The notes: generated by a model from the letters alone, not told the origin. 64,000 nt of DNA from Clostridia bacterium (GCA_017462035.1 JAFTRY010000030.1:874-64873); one strand, 5' to 3'. Shown: positions 49,312-61,043, counted from the stretch's first letter. Numbers and translations are program-made.

Positions 49312-51333
49312 ATGGGACCGGGCGCGGGAGGATTCCCCCCACCTATGGGGAAGGATCCTTATCAAAAAAACAGACCGAAGCCGCCGGGAGGGATTCGCGA
49401 GATTCCTCGCTTTGTTCGTGAGATGGTGGTCGGCTTTTTTACACGACTGTCCTATATTTTTCAAATGGTCTGGAAAACAGGTCCCTGGATTCTATTCGTG
49501 ATGATGTTCACGGCAGTGTTCAGCGGTGTTATGCCCATTGTGGGCTCCCTGCTTTCCAAGGAGATTCTCAATGAACTGCAAGCCGTGATCTCGGATAGAG
49601 TGGCGGCTGAGGTCAGCGGAGCCGGCTTTTTCGTGTCCTTTTGGGGCTCCATGGTCATGTTCTTGCTGATTTTCTATTTTCTCTATCGGATTCTCAATCA
49701 GGTGGTCAACCGCCTCAGTACAGCTGTGACGCGAATTGCCGGAGAAAAGGTGGTTCGTCATGTCCGTCTGCAAATCATGAATAAAGCCAAGGAGCTGGAC
49801 CTTGCCTCCTTTGATTTGCCGGAATTTTACGAAAAGCTGGAGAACGCCAACCGGGAAGCGGGAAATCGCCCCATTTCCGTACTGTCTGCAACCTTTGACG
49901 CGATCAGTAAGCTGATTAGCCTGATCAGCTATATCGTGGTACTGGCAACAGCACCCGGCATGTGGTGGACAGCACCGGTGATGATCCTGATCTCTATTCC
50001 CACCGCGGTTGTAAACTTTACTTATAAGCATAAAACCTTCCTATACCTCCGTCGCCGTTCCAAGGATCGCCGTCAGATGAATTACTATTCCGATTTGATG
50101 GTCAATAAGGATATGGTCAAGGAGATCCGCATGTATGACCTGGCAGATCAGTTTATTGAACGGTATGATAACGTGTTCCAAAAGTACTATTTGGGCATGC
50201 GAAAGCTGATCGTCAGAGAGAGCTTCTGGCAGATTGCGCTGACCTTCCTGTCAGCCATCGTCAATTGCCTATTCTTTGGATTGATTGCGATCCAGGTCTT
50301 TAACGGTACGATACAGATCGGAGATTACTCCCTTTATACAGGGGCGCTTACCTCCATCGCTACTACCGTGGCAGGACTCATTAACGTGTCGGCGACAGTG
50401 TATGAGGGAACGCTCTTTATCGATAACCTGATCGCGTTTGTTAAAGAACGTCCTACGGTGATTCCCAGTACCGATGCTCCGGCTTCTGTAGCACACGGAC
50501 AACCTCATACCATCGAGTTCGTGGACGTGAGCTTTGCCTATCCCGGCTCTGACCGTCGGGTGCTGAACCATATCAACCTGAAGTTTCGTCCGGGTGAAAC
50601 GGTGGTCCTGGTTGGCTTGAACGGAGCGGGAAAAACTACCTTTATTAAGCTTTTGACCCGCCTCTATGATCCTACGGAGGGAAAAATTCTCCTAGACGGA
50701 AAGGATCTGAAGGAGTACGATCCGAAGGATCTGTACCGAATGTTCGGAATCATTTTCCAGGATTTCGGGAAATATGCCGTAAGCGTGTCGGATAATATTC
50801 GCTTTGGGGATATTCGCCGAGAGGCGGAGCCTTCCGAGATCCGAGAAGCGGCAGTGGCAGCAAACGCTGATGACTTCATTACCCGTCTGCCCGAGGAATA
50901 TAATACGCCCCTCATGCGGTTTTTCGAGCCCGACGGAATCGAGCTTTCCATCGGACAGTGGCAAAAGCTTGCCATTGCCCGTGCCTTTTACAGCGAGTCG
51001 GATATTCTGATCCTGGACGAGCCCACTGCCTCCCTGGATCCCATGGCGGAACAGGAGATCTTCAATCAGTTTGACCGGCTGCGTCAGGACAAAACCACTA
51101 TTTTTGTGTCTCACCGATTGTCCAGCGCAACCGTAGCGTCTAAAATTGTGGTGCTGGAATACGGAGAGCTCATCGAAGAGGGAACCCATAAGGAGCTGAT
51201 GGAGAAGAAAGGACGGTACTATGAACTCTTTTCCACACAGGCACGCCGATATTTGGAAGAAAAGGGTGATCCGGAGAGAGACAGAGGTCACCGCCCGACA
51301 AAAAAGGGCGCCTTCCCTCAAGATTTTTCATAA
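49312..51333 (+). CDS. ABC exporter, fused permease and ATPase
   Basis: N-terminal TM domain; GLNGAGKTT, LSIGQWQ, ILDEPTASLD and SHRL motifs; start codon uncertain. Confidence 0.92.
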   Translation: MGPGAGGFPPPMGKDPYQKNRPKPPGGIREIPRFVREMVVGFFTRLSYIFQMVWKTGPWILFVMMFTAVFSGVMPIVGSLLSKEILNELQAVISDRVAAEVSGAGFFVSFWGSMVMFLLIFYFLYRILNQVVNRLSTAVTRIAGEKVVRHVRLQIMNKAKELDLASFDLPEFYEKLENANREAGNRPISVLSATFDAISKLISLISYIVVLATAPGMWWTAPVMILISIPTAVVNFTYKHKTFLYLRRRSKDRRQMNYYSDLMVNKDMVKEIRMYDLADQFIERYDNVFQKYYLGMRKLIVRESFWQIALTFLSAIVNCLFFGLIAIQVFNGTIQIGDYSLYTGALTSIATTVAGLINVSATVYEGTLFIDNLIAFVKERPTVIPSTDAPASVAHGQPHTIEFVDVSFAYPGSDRRVLNHINLKFRPGETVVLVGLNGAGKTTFIKLLTRLYDPTEGKILLDGKDLKEYDPKDLYRMFGIIFQDFGKYAVSVSDNIRFGDIRREAEPSEIREAAVAANADDFITRLPEEYNTPLMRFFEPDGIELSIGQWQKLAIARAFYSESDILILDEPTASLDPMAEQEIFNQFDRLRQDKTTIFVSHRLSSATVASKIVVLEYGELIEEGTHKELMEKKGRYYELFSTQARRYLEEKGDPERDRGHRPTKKGAFPQDFS

Positions 51334-51349
51334 TTCCTAAAAAAATTTA

Positions 51350-51378
51350 TTGACAAGTTCCCAAGAATTTTATATAAT
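51350..51378 (+). promoter_or_regulatory. sigma-A promoter for aspartokinase
   Basis: Perfect TTGACA-17 nt-TATAAT. Confidence 0.85.
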
Positions 51379-51439
51379 AATCTATTAGAGAAATACCCAT
51401 CCGTCACGGGCGGAACAGACAGAAAGGTTGAGTGATACC

Positions 51440-52756
51440 ATGCAGGTAAAAGTAGTAAAATTTGGCGGCAGCTCGCTGGCTGACGCGGAACATTTCAGAC
51501 AGGTGGCTTCCATTATCAAGGCAGATCCCGCCAGACGGTACGTGGTACCTTCGGCACCCGGTCAGCGCTTCAAGGAGGATACGAAGGTTACCGATATGCT
51601 CTATGCGTGCTATGAAAAGATTCGCAATCATGAGGACGTAGAGGAGCTGTATCAAAAGATCAAGGACCGTTATAACGGGATTATTGCCGATCTTGGTTTG
51701 AATTTTGATATCAGCGGCGAGCTGGAATACGTAAAAAACGCGATGATGCACCGTTCGGGACGGGACTTTGCCGCCAGCCGCGGAGAGTACCTCAACGGAC
51801 TGATCCTCTCCAAATATTTGGGCTTCTCCTTTATTGACGCTGAAAACGTCATTTTCTTCCGTGAAAACGGAACCTTTGACGAGGAAAAGACCAATAAGGT
51901 TTTGGCAGAAGAGCTGATGCAGCATGAAAAGGCAGTTATCCCCGGCTTCTATGGAGTGATGCCCAACGGAACCATCAAAACCTTCTCCCGAGGCGGGTCG
52001 GATATCACGGGTTCTATCGTGGCACGTGCCGCGGCGGCAGACCTGTACGAGAACTGGACCGATGTGTCCGGCTTTATGATGGCGGATCCCCGAATCATTG
52101 AGAATCCATGTGCCATCGAGACGATTACGTACCGCGAGCTGAGAGAGCTGTCCTATATGGGCGCGACAGTGCTCCATGAGGACGCGATCTTCCCGGTTCG
52201 TTACGCAGGGATCCCGATCAATATCCGCAATACCAACGAGCCCGAAGCGGACGGAACCATGATCGTGGCGGAAACTCCCTATTACGATACCCAGAAGGTG
52301 ATTACCGGCGTGGCAGGCAAGAAGGGCTTCTCGGTGATTACCATCGAAAAGGATATGATGAACTCCGAGATTGGATTTGGCAGAAAGGTTCTGGAGGTTC
52401 TGGAGGAAAACGAGATCTCCTTCGAGCACCTACCCTCGGGAGTAGATAATATGAGCGTGGTGGTATCCACCTCCTGTATTGAAGGCAGACGGGAAAAACT
52501 GGTTTCCGCTATTCGCCGTATGGTCAGACCCGACAGTGTCATCATCGAGGATGAATTGGCGCTGATCGCCATCGTGGGTAGAGCCATGGTGAAGGCGAAG
52601 GGAACTGCCGCAAGAAGCTTTGATGCCATTTCCGACGCAGGGGTCAATATCCGCTTGATCGACCAAGGATCCAGTGAGATCTCCATCATCGTAGGCGTGG
52701 AGGAAAGAGACTTCAACAAGGCACTCGAAGCCATCTATTCCGAATTTGTGAAATAA
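51440..52756 (+). CDS. Aspartate kinase (YclM/AKIII-like)
   Basis: KFGGSSLA, FSRGGSDITG, YENWTDVSG and DQGSSEISI motifs; two ACT domains. Confidence 0.95.
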   Translation: MQVKVVKFGGSSLADAEHFRQVASIIKADPARRYVVPSAPGQRFKEDTKVTDMLYACYEKIRNHEDVEELYQKIKDRYNGIIADLGLNFDISGELEYVKNAMMHRSGRDFAASRGEYLNGLILSKYLGFSFIDAENVIFFRENGTFDEEKTNKVLAEELMQHEKAVIPGFYGVMPNGTIKTFSRGGSDITGSIVARAAAADLYENWTDVSGFMMADPRIIENPCAIETITYRELRELSYMGATVLHEDAIFPVRYAGIPINIRNTNEPEADGTMIVAETPYYDTQKVITGVAGKKGFSVITIEKDMMNSEIGFGRKVLEVLEENEISFEHLPSGVDNMSVVVSTSCIEGRREKLVSAIRRMVRPDSVIIEDELALIAIVGRAMVKAKGTAARSFDAISDAGVNIRLIDQGSSEISIIVGVEERDFNKALEAIYSEFVK

Positions 52757-52761
52757 TACGG

Positions 52762-52800
52762 TATAAAGGCGAGGTTTCTCTCAAACCTCGCCTTTATATT
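52762..52800 (+). terminator. Intrinsic terminator
   Basis: TATAAAGGCGAGGTTT...AAACCTCGCCTTTATA 16-bp stem. Confidence 0.8.
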
Positions 52801-52983
52801 CTGAAGAAAAGCAAAAACTTTTGACAAAAAGAAGTATATTTTGTTTTTTCTGCGTACATTATATTTTAGATATGTATTTTTTTCGCCAAGAGAGGCGAAT
52901 TTCTCATTGAAACCTCGGAAAAAACGAGAAAAGAACGAGAAAAGAACGTGAGAAACAAGTTTTTTGGGAAAGGAGGAATTACC

Positions 52984-54012
52984 ATGGAATCTACACACGG
53001 ATTCTCGATCCGAGACCGCTTTTTGGAACGGGAACGGGAAAATCTATCTGTCTATGCTTGCCCAACCTCTGAAACCAAAGGAAGGGAAAAGCCGGAGATT
53101 CCCTGCGAGATCCGAACCGACTTCCAGCGAGACCGTGACCGAATCCTCCACTGCCAATCCTTCCGCCGGTTGATGAACAAAACCCAGGTGTTTTTGGCAC
53201 CGGTAGGGGATCATTACCGTACTCGTATGACCCATACGCTGGAGGTGACACAGATTGCCCGAATCATTGCCAGAGCTCTTCGGCTCAACGAGGATCTCAC
53301 CGAGGCGGCGGCATTGGGACACGATTTGGGACACACTCCCTTTGGACACGCCGGGGAGAACGCCATGCAGAAATGCTTCGACCCCGACTTTACGCACTAT
53401 AAACAAAGCTTGAGAGTAGTAGAAAAGCTGGAGAATGACGGAAAGGGTCTGAACCTGACCTTTGAGGTTCGTGACGGAATCGTCAATCATACGGGAAAAT
53501 CTATGGCATCTACCCTGGAAGGGATTATTGTGAAGTACGCGGACCGGATCGCCTATATCAATCACGATATTGACGATGCCTGCCGCGCGGGGATCCTTTC
53601 GGTGTCCGATATTCCCAAGAGCCTGCGCGACGTGCTGGGAGAAACACATTCCCAGAGGATCAATACCATGGTTACCTCGATCATTCGCCAGAGTAGCGGA
53701 ACCCCCCATATCCAGATGGAGTCCGAGATTCAGACGGCTGCGGACCAGCTTCGAAATTTTCTTTTCGAGAGAGTCTACCGGAATCCCGTGGCAAAATCCG
53801 AGGAAACCAAAGCGCAAGAGATGCTGATCCGCCTGTTTGATTTTTACGTTCGGCATCCGGAGCGTATGCCGGAGCTTTACCGACGCAATATGGAAACCGA
53901 GTCGGCAGAGCGTTGCGCCTGTGACTTCATTTCCGGAATGACGGACCGATACGCGATTGAGATGTATTCGGGTCTGCATATTCCGAAGGTTTGGAGGGGA
54001 CCGCAGGTATGA
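52984..54012 (+). CDS. dgt: dGTP triphosphohydrolase (HD domain)
   Basis: RTDFQRDRDRI, KTQVF, RTRMTHTLEV, HDLGHTPFGHAGE and DFISGMTDRYA motifs. Confidence 0.95.
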   Translation: MESTHGFSIRDRFLERERENLSVYACPTSETKGREKPEIPCEIRTDFQRDRDRILHCQSFRRLMNKTQVFLAPVGDHYRTRMTHTLEVTQIARIIARALRLNEDLTEAAALGHDLGHTPFGHAGENAMQKCFDPDFTHYKQSLRVVEKLENDGKGLNLTFEVRDGIVNHTGKSMASTLEGIIVKYADRIAYINHDIDDACRAGILSVSDIPKSLRDVLGETHSQRINTMVTSIIRQSSGTPHIQMESEIQTAADQLRNFLFERVYRNPVAKSEETKAQEMLIRLFDFYVRHPERMPELYRRNMETESAERCACDFISGMTDRYAIEMYSGLHIPKVWRGPQV

Positions 54013-55790
54013 TACCGAGACAGATCATTGATGAGATCATTTTCCGTAACGATATCGAGCAGGTGATCGGAAGCTATGTGACCTTGAAGCGAGCCGGCTC
54101 CAATTTGAACGGGCTCTGCCCCTTCCATAATGAAAAAACACCGTCCTTTACCGTGTTTCCTGCCACAAAAAGCTTTTATTGCTTCGGTTGCGGAGCCGGC
54201 GGGGACGTGGTCAGTTTTATCATGCGGGAGGAAAACCTGGATTACGTGGGAGCATTGGAGCTCCTGGCGGCAAGGGCAGGGATCACGATTCCCACCGATG
54301 AGAGACCGGGCGAACGGGATACGGTTCCCCGTAAACGAATTTACGAAATGAATCTGGCAGCGGCTCGGTTTTTTCGGGAATGTCTCTGGGATGAAACCTA
54401 CGGAAGGGATGCACTCCGTTATCTGACTGAGGAGAGAAGACTGAGCAGAAGCACCATCAATCACTTCGGGATCGGATATTCTCCTAACCATTTCTGGCTC
54501 CTTACCAATCACCTTCATAAGTTAGGCTTTACCGACGAGGAGCTGGTTGTTGGATTTCTCAGCGGAAAAAGTCAGAAGACGGGAAAACCCTACGACTACT
54601 TTCGAAATCGGGTTATTTTTCCCATTATCGATACATCGGGAAACGTGGTCGCCTTCGGCGGCAGAGTCATGGATGACTCCAAGCCGAAATATTTGAATAC
54701 GTCGGATACCCCTGCCTTTAAAAAGAGCCGTCACCTGTTCGCTCTGAATTTTGCCAGACGGCAGGCGGAGGAACGAATGATTCTTTGCGAGGGCTATATG
54801 GATGTCATCGCGCTCCATGCCGCGGGCTTTGAGAACGCGGTGGCAACGCTGGGTACCGCCATTACCTCGGAGCAGGCGAGAATCTTCGCGAAATATACGA
54901 AGCAGGTGGTCATCTGCTACGACTCGGACCAAGCCGGACAGACCGCCGCCAATAAGGCAATGCGCCTGTTAGAAAGCGTGGGGGTGGATGTCCGCGTGCT
55001 GAAGCTGGAAGGTGCCAAGGACCCCGATGAATACATCAAAAAGTTCGGTGCCGATGGCTTTCGCCGGGTTCTGGATCAAAGCATGACGGGATTTGATTTC
55101 CGCCTTGGAAATATTCTGTCCAATTATAACCTCTCCTTGCCCGACGAGCTGATCAAAGCATCCTCCGCGGTGTGCGCCATGATCGCCGACGCTCCCTCAG
55201 AGGTGGAGCGGGACATTTGCATCCGAAAGGCAGCGGCGCAAATGCAGGTTTCTCCGGATGCCATGCGCGCCGACGTGGATCGGACACGCCGCTTGAAGCT
55301 GAGGGAAATGAAGAAGAAGCAGAGCCAGGATGCCCGAGCGAGCCTGAAAAACCTAGGAGATCGGGTCAATGTGGATTCCGCTAAATATATTCGGGCAAAC
55401 CGCGCGGAGGAGACTCTGCTGGGTCTGATGCTGATCTACGACGAATTCCGAAGAGAAGCGGCAGACGGAAGTGCCGGAATTGATGGCGGGGATTTTGTCA
55501 CGGAATTCGGACGGCGGGTGTTTGAAACACTCTGTCAGCTGGAACAAACGGACGTTGGATTCTCCAAAGCCATGCTGGGGCAGTATTTCGGGGTGGACGA
55601 GCTCAGTCGGATCGAAAAGATCGAAATGGAGCGAAGGAACCTGGCGAGAAATGATAGGGAGGTGTTCCTTGCGGCAATCCGTGATATTCGGGAAGAAAAA
55701 CGGAAAGGAACCGAAGCGCAAGATCCCTTTGCTGACCTCAGAAGGAAACGAGAAGCGAACCAAACGAAAAAAGAAAACAAGAATACATAA
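54009..55790 (+). CDS. dnaG: DNA primase
   Basis: CPFHNEKTPSF...CFGC zinc ribbon, KYLNTSDT, EGYMDVI and DPDEY motifs. Confidence 0.97.
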   Translation: MIPRQIIDEIIFRNDIEQVIGSYVTLKRAGSNLNGLCPFHNEKTPSFTVFPATKSFYCFGCGAGGDVVSFIMREENLDYVGALELLAARAGITIPTDERPGERDTVPRKRIYEMNLAAARFFRECLWDETYGRDALRYLTEERRLSRSTINHFGIGYSPNHFWLLTNHLHKLGFTDEELVVGFLSGKSQKTGKPYDYFRNRVIFPIIDTSGNVVAFGGRVMDDSKPKYLNTSDTPAFKKSRHLFALNFARRQAEERMILCEGYMDVIALHAAGFENAVATLGTAITSEQARIFAKYTKQVVICYDSDQAGQTAANKAMRLLESVGVDVRVLKLEGAKDPDEYIKKFGADGFRRVLDQSMTGFDFRLGNILSNYNLSLPDELIKASSAVCAMIADAPSEVERDICIRKAAAQMQVSPDAMRADVDRTRRLKLREMKKKQSQDARASLKNLGDRVNVDSAKYIRANRAEETLLGLMLIYDEFRREAADGSAGIDGGDFVTEFGRRVFETLCQLEQTDVGFSKAMLGQYFGVDELSRIEKIEMERRNLARNDREVFLAAIRDIREEKRKGTEAQDPFADLRRKREANQTKKENKNT

Positions 55791-55808
55791 ACCGGAAGGA
55801 AAGAAAAC

Positions 55809-56936
<1,128 letters not shown>

Positions 56937-57110
56937 AAATCGTTACTTTTAACAAGAACAAAGACAAAAAATTGTGCCAATTGATATTTGAACCGTCATA
57001 AAGCTCAAAATGAACGGTCAACAAATGTATAATGTGCCGATTTTTTTGAAAAGGTTTGAGGAAAAGAAAGAAAAAAGCCAGAAATCAAGATTTCGTCACA
57101 AAAAAATCAC

Positions 57111-57139
57111 TTGACATTTTGACATTTTTAGTGTAAAAT
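57111..57139 (+). promoter_or_regulatory. sigma-A promoter for the lipoprotein gene
   Basis: TTGACA-17 nt-TAAAAT; TTGACATT is tandemly duplicated. Confidence 0.7.
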
Positions 57140-57199
57140 ATTAGAAGTATTAAAATGGTTATAGTTATGCTATAATAACGGTTTCAAGGGGGAAAAAAC

Positions 57200-58972
57200 A
57201 TGAATAAGAAGCTCATTTGTTTGTTGCTGAGTTTGCTCATGGTTCTGAGCGTCTGTCTGACTGCGTGCGGAACAAAGACCGATGAGGAAGCTGAGAAAGA
57301 CATTTCGGATCAGGCATCTGTCAACGCAATGACTCTCGTTGTGCATTTGATGAGTGACGGTAAGGTCGAACCCGAAACGGTAACGGAGATTACCGATGCG
57401 GTAAACAAGATTACAGAAACGAAATTTAAGACCCGTTTGGTTTTGAAGTACTTCACGGAAGATGAGTATTTTGAGCAGCTGGAGGCATCCTACGCCGCCA
57501 GAGATGAGGCAAAAGCAAACGGAACCGATAAGGTCGTTGAGGCAGAAACTGAAGCGGAAACATACGTAGATGAGGATGGCGTTGTAAAGATCAACTATCC
57601 CACCGTAGCAGGCTATCAGGTGGACATCTTCTACATGGGCGGCGACAAGACAATGACTGGCGAAGACCGCTTCAATGATTACCTGGCAAAGGGAATGCTC
57701 AGCTCTCTGGGTACCGAGGTAGATAACGCCTCCAAGAAGCTGAAGGAGTATATTTCTCCCCAGTATTTGGCTCAGGTAAAATCTCTCAGCAAGGGCATTT
57801 ACGCCATTCCCAATAATAAGGCGATCGGCGAATATACCTACCTGTTGCTGAATAAGGAAGCCATGAAGGCGGCGTACCGCAGCCTGGAGGACGATTATTC
57901 CTCTCTGACCAGCGATGCATGTCAGGACTTCCTGGAATTCATTCAGGATAATAACGCGCTGAAAGAAAAGTACCTTCCCATTTATACCAATCTGTCCTCC
58001 GAGGAGCTGTTGCTTTCCAACCTCCACACCTGGAGCGTTGATAGCGAGGGTGAGTTGAATCAGGCATTCTCCGTGTTGGGAGATTACTATAAGGATTCCG
58101 ACAACTACCTGGCAGCCAATACATATCCTAAGATTGCTAACCTGTTTGAAAATGAACAGTTTATCGAAGATCTGACCACGTTGAAGGAGTATGAGCTCAA
58201 CGGTTACATTGGCACTTCCGAGGAAAAGGAATGTGCGATCGGTTACGTCAAGGGCACTGCTGCTGAACTGGTAGAGAGGTATGGTGATCGGTACGAGATG
58301 GTGGTCGTTGAAAGCCCCAGATTGAGCACGGAAGACCTTTACTCCGATATGCTTGCGGTGTCTTCCTTCACCTCCAGCGTGTCCAGAAGTATGGAAATTG
58401 TGACTCTGATCAATACCGATGCCGAGTTCCGGAACTTGCTCCTTTACGGTATTGAGGATAAGCACTATCAGGTCATCGATACCGGTGTAGTAAAGAACGA
58501 GCTGGGCGAGACCTATAAGGTGGCAAGAAGATTGAACGAAGAGTACATGATGGATTTGAATAAGACAGGTAACACCTTGATTGCATACCCCCTGGAGGGT
58601 AGCTTGATCAATATTAACGATTATGCCATCAAGCAGAATCAGGATGCTAAGGTAGAGCTGACGCTGGGCTTTACTCCTACTTATAATGAGTTTGTCATTG
58701 ACAATGAAAAGCTCCAGGCAGTGCAGACCCTGTCTGACGCGCTCCTGGCAGAATATCGGGCATGCGATACCATGGAGAAGTTCGAGGCATTCCTGGTGAA
58801 GGCTAAGGCGGATGTTGCCGCGTCCGCTGAGGTTCAGCATACCATTGATGCCGATCACGGTATTGATGAGAAGGCTGAAGAGGAAGGAACTGAAAAGGCT
58901 TGCGAGGGAACCTGCGGATCCCTTGGCTGTTCCTACCAGGCATGGCTGAAGGCAATGAAAATTGTAAAGTAA
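57200..58972 (+). CDS. Lipoprotein, probable extracellular solute-binding protein
   Basis: Lipobox LTAC; IYAIPNN and NLLLYGIEDKHY motifs typical of carbohydrate ABC substrate-binding proteins. Confidence 0.75.
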   Translation: MNKKLICLLLSLLMVLSVCLTACGTKTDEEAEKDISDQASVNAMTLVVHLMSDGKVEPETVTEITDAVNKITETKFKTRLVLKYFTEDEYFEQLEASYAARDEAKANGTDKVVEAETEAETYVDEDGVVKINYPTVAGYQVDIFYMGGDKTMTGEDRFNDYLAKGMLSSLGTEVDNASKKLKEYISPQYLAQVKSLSKGIYAIPNNKAIGEYTYLLLNKEAMKAAYRSLEDDYSSLTSDACQDFLEFIQDNNALKEKYLPIYTNLSSEELLLSNLHTWSVDSEGELNQAFSVLGDYYKDSDNYLAANTYPKIANLFENEQFIEDLTTLKEYELNGYIGTSEEKECAIGYVKGTAAELVERYGDRYEMVVVESPRLSTEDLYSDMLAVSSFTSSVSRSMEIVTLINTDAEFRNLLLYGIEDKHYQVIDTGVVKNELGETYKVARRLNEEYMMDLNKTGNTLIAYPLEGSLININDYAIKQNQDAKVELTLGFTPTYNEFVIDNEKLQAVQTLSDALLAEYRACDTMEKFEAFLVKAKADVAASAEVQHTIDADHGIDEKAEEEGTEKACEGTCGSLGCSYQAWLKAMKIVK

Positions 58973-58978
58973 ACGCAA

Positions 58979-59020
58979 ATGAAGCAAAGCAGGTCATCTG
59001 TGATGACCTGCTTGTTTCAT
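58979..59020 (+). terminator. Stem-loop or terminator after the lipoprotein gene
   Basis: AAGCAGGTCATC...GATGACCTGCTT inverted repeat. Confidence 0.65.
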
Positions 59021-59036
59021 TCAATAGAAAGGAACT

Positions 59037-59699
59037 GTGATGCAACCCATTCATGGCTGTCCCGATTATTGCATTTGGGACTTTAACGGAACTATTCTTG
59101 ACGACGTGGAGGTGGGGATTCGTTCCGTGAATCATCTGCTGGCAGAGCGAGGGCTCAAACAAATCGGGAGCAGAGAGGAATACCGACAGATTTTTCGTTT
59201 CCCGGTACAGGAGTATTACCGATATCTTGGCTTTGACTTTGAAACGGAACCCTATGAGGTGATTGCGCCTCTGTGGGTGGAGCAATACCTAAAAAATGTA
59301 GCCGAGGCAGTCCTGTTTGAGGATGTCCAGGAAACGATTTGTCGGTTGCGGGAAAAGGGGATCCGACAGGTAGTTCTGTCGGCAACCGAGCAAAATATGC
59401 TGATGAATCAGCTTGCCTCTTTGGGAATCACAGATGCCTTTGAGGAGGTGTTGGGGCTGGATAATATCCATGCCGTATCCAAGCTGGAGCTGGCAAGGAA
59501 GTGGCGGAAGGATCACCCCGATGCCTCGGCAATCTATTTGGGGGATACCGATCACGATTGCGAGGCGGCACGGAGCATGAATATCCCCTGCGTGCTGATC
59601 ACCCGAGGACACCAGGCACCCAATCGCCTGAAACACCTGGGTGTCCCTATGTACGACACACTTTCCGATTTTGTTAAGACTCAATTCTACCTTCAATAA
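59037..59699 (+). CDS. HAD-superfamily hydrolase (phosphoglycolate phosphatase-like)
   Basis: WDFNGTILDD, VLSA and YLGDTDHD motifs. Confidence 0.9.
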   Translation: MMQPIHGCPDYCIWDFNGTILDDVEVGIRSVNHLLAERGLKQIGSREEYRQIFRFPVQEYYRYLGFDFETEPYEVIAPLWVEQYLKNVAEAVLFEDVQETICRLREKGIRQVVLSATEQNMLMNQLASLGITDAFEEVLGLDNIHAVSKLELARKWRKDHPDASAIYLGDTDHDCEAARSMNIPCVLITRGHQAPNRLKHLGVPMYDTLSDFVKTQFYLQ

Positions 59700-59702
59700 A
59701 GG

Positions 59703-59737
59703 AAAGCTCCCATAGACTAAGGTCTGTGGGAGCTTTT
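59703..59737. terminator. Bidirectional terminator
   Basis: AAAGCTCCCATAGAC...GTCTGTGGGAGCTTT between convergent genes. Confidence 0.75.
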
Positions 59738-59768
59738 AACGCGATACAAGCCTTCCTCTTGACAGGAA

Positions 59769-61043
59769 TCATGACAATGTCTGAGGGGATTCATCATCAC
59801 AATCCGAGTATTCCCGACGGAATCGCTTCCATAAAGGCGCCGCAATCAGACATACGGCAAGTCCTCCCGCGGAAACAAGGATCCAGGAGAATAGGGTAAA
59901 GCCCCATCCCTTTTGCTCCGCTAAGGCGGCGAAGCCGTAGCTGGCAAGGGCAGATCCAATGTATGTGCCGGCATTCAGAATTCCCGAAAAGGTGGAGATC
60001 CTTCCGCTTTTGATCAACCGCTTGGGAACGATGCTCAGTAACATCAGATTGATTCCGTGCATGGAGCCGACGATTAACGCCATGAGAAGCATGGATAGAA
60101 CGACAGGGGAGGAAAGGCTGTGAACAAGAAAAAGAAGCACTGCGGAAATCAGAGAAAAACCGAAGATCATGGCTGAACAGAATACCTCATTCCGAAATAT
60201 CTTTCGGTGAACCAGATCAAAGACAGCGAAGCTGATCACACTGAAGATGGCAAGGATCACGGTGGAAAAAATCGAATATTCCTCGGAAAGACCAAAGGTC
60301 TCCAAAAGGAAGGAGGGCATCCAGTTGGTCACACCGTCCCGTAACATACCTTGGAAAATGATTCCCAGTATGATCAAAAGCAAGGCGGGATAAGTGAAAC
60401 GAGGAAGCTTGCGAGGTTCCAATACCGCCCCCGCCGCGCTTTCCGTACGATTTCCTAATGCGGGAGGATCACAAAACAATTTGGGAGCCAGAATCAGCCA
60501 AGTGATCAATATACCGCACCCCAAAAACGCACAAAGCAAAATGATGTTGCGCCATCCGGTGACGGATAGTAATAAAGGACAGACGGAATAGAGAAGAATG
60601 GTGGCAAAACAGGATCCCCAGGAGACTCGAACGGCAGCATAGCTATATTCGTGATCATCCAAATACAGAGACATGAGGCGAACCATGGGTGGCCAGAGCA
60701 TAGAGTGCGCAAAGCCGTTGATGCCCCAAATGACGGTCATGACGGGAATGGTGTGGGAGAAAAACATAGCAATGTTGCAGAGAATGGCAAGTATCAACCC
60801 CGCGCTCAGCATTCGTTGAGAATTGATTTTGTCGCCAATCCATCCGTTGATTACTTGACCCAAGCCATAAGTGATGGTCAGTGCGGTGATGACAATAGAA
60901 ATGGTTGACTTTTCGACCTGCAAATCACTGCAAATTCTAACCAACATAACGGTAAAATGAATTCTCAGAAGATAGCTTCCAAAATAGATCAGCATAAAGA
61001 GCCAGGCAATGCCCCTTGTCCGTTTGCCGAAGGTGGTTTTCAT
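59769..61043 (-). CDS. MFS transporter (GlpT/UhpT-like)
   Basis: About 12 TM segments; YGLGQVINGWIGDK motif A; AGGAGG RBS; upstream TTGACT-17-TATAAT at 61076-61104. Confidence 0.88.
   Translation of the reverse strand: MKTTFGKRTRGIAWLFMLIYFGSYLLRIHFTVMLVRICSDLQVEKSTISIVITALTITYGLGQVINGWIGDKINSQRMLSAGLILAILCNIAMFFSHTIPVMTVIWGINGFAHSMLWPPMVRLMSLYLDDHEYSYAAVRVSWGSCFATILLYSVCPLLLSVTGWRNIILLCAFLGCGILITWLILAPKLFCDPPALGNRTESAAGAVLEPRKLPRFTYPALLLIILGIIFQGMLRDGVTNWMPSFLLETFGLSEEYSIFSTVILAIFSVISFAVFDLVHRKIFRNEVFCSAMIFGFSLISAVLLFLVHSLSSPVVLSMLLMALIVGSMHGINLMLLSIVPKRLIKSGRISTFSGILNAGTYIGSALASYGFAALAEQKGWGFTLFSWILVSAGGLAVCLIAAPLWKRFRREYSDCDDESPQTLS

Noticed and set aside
56937-57050. Imperfect inverted repeats after sigA (possible ncRNA or MITE)
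   Set aside because: Pairing is weak and AT-rich; no target-site duplication or second copy seen in the window.
57170-58987. 605-aa ORF antisense to the lipoprotein gene
   Set aside because: Mirrors the sense gene, which has the promoter, RBS and lipobox.
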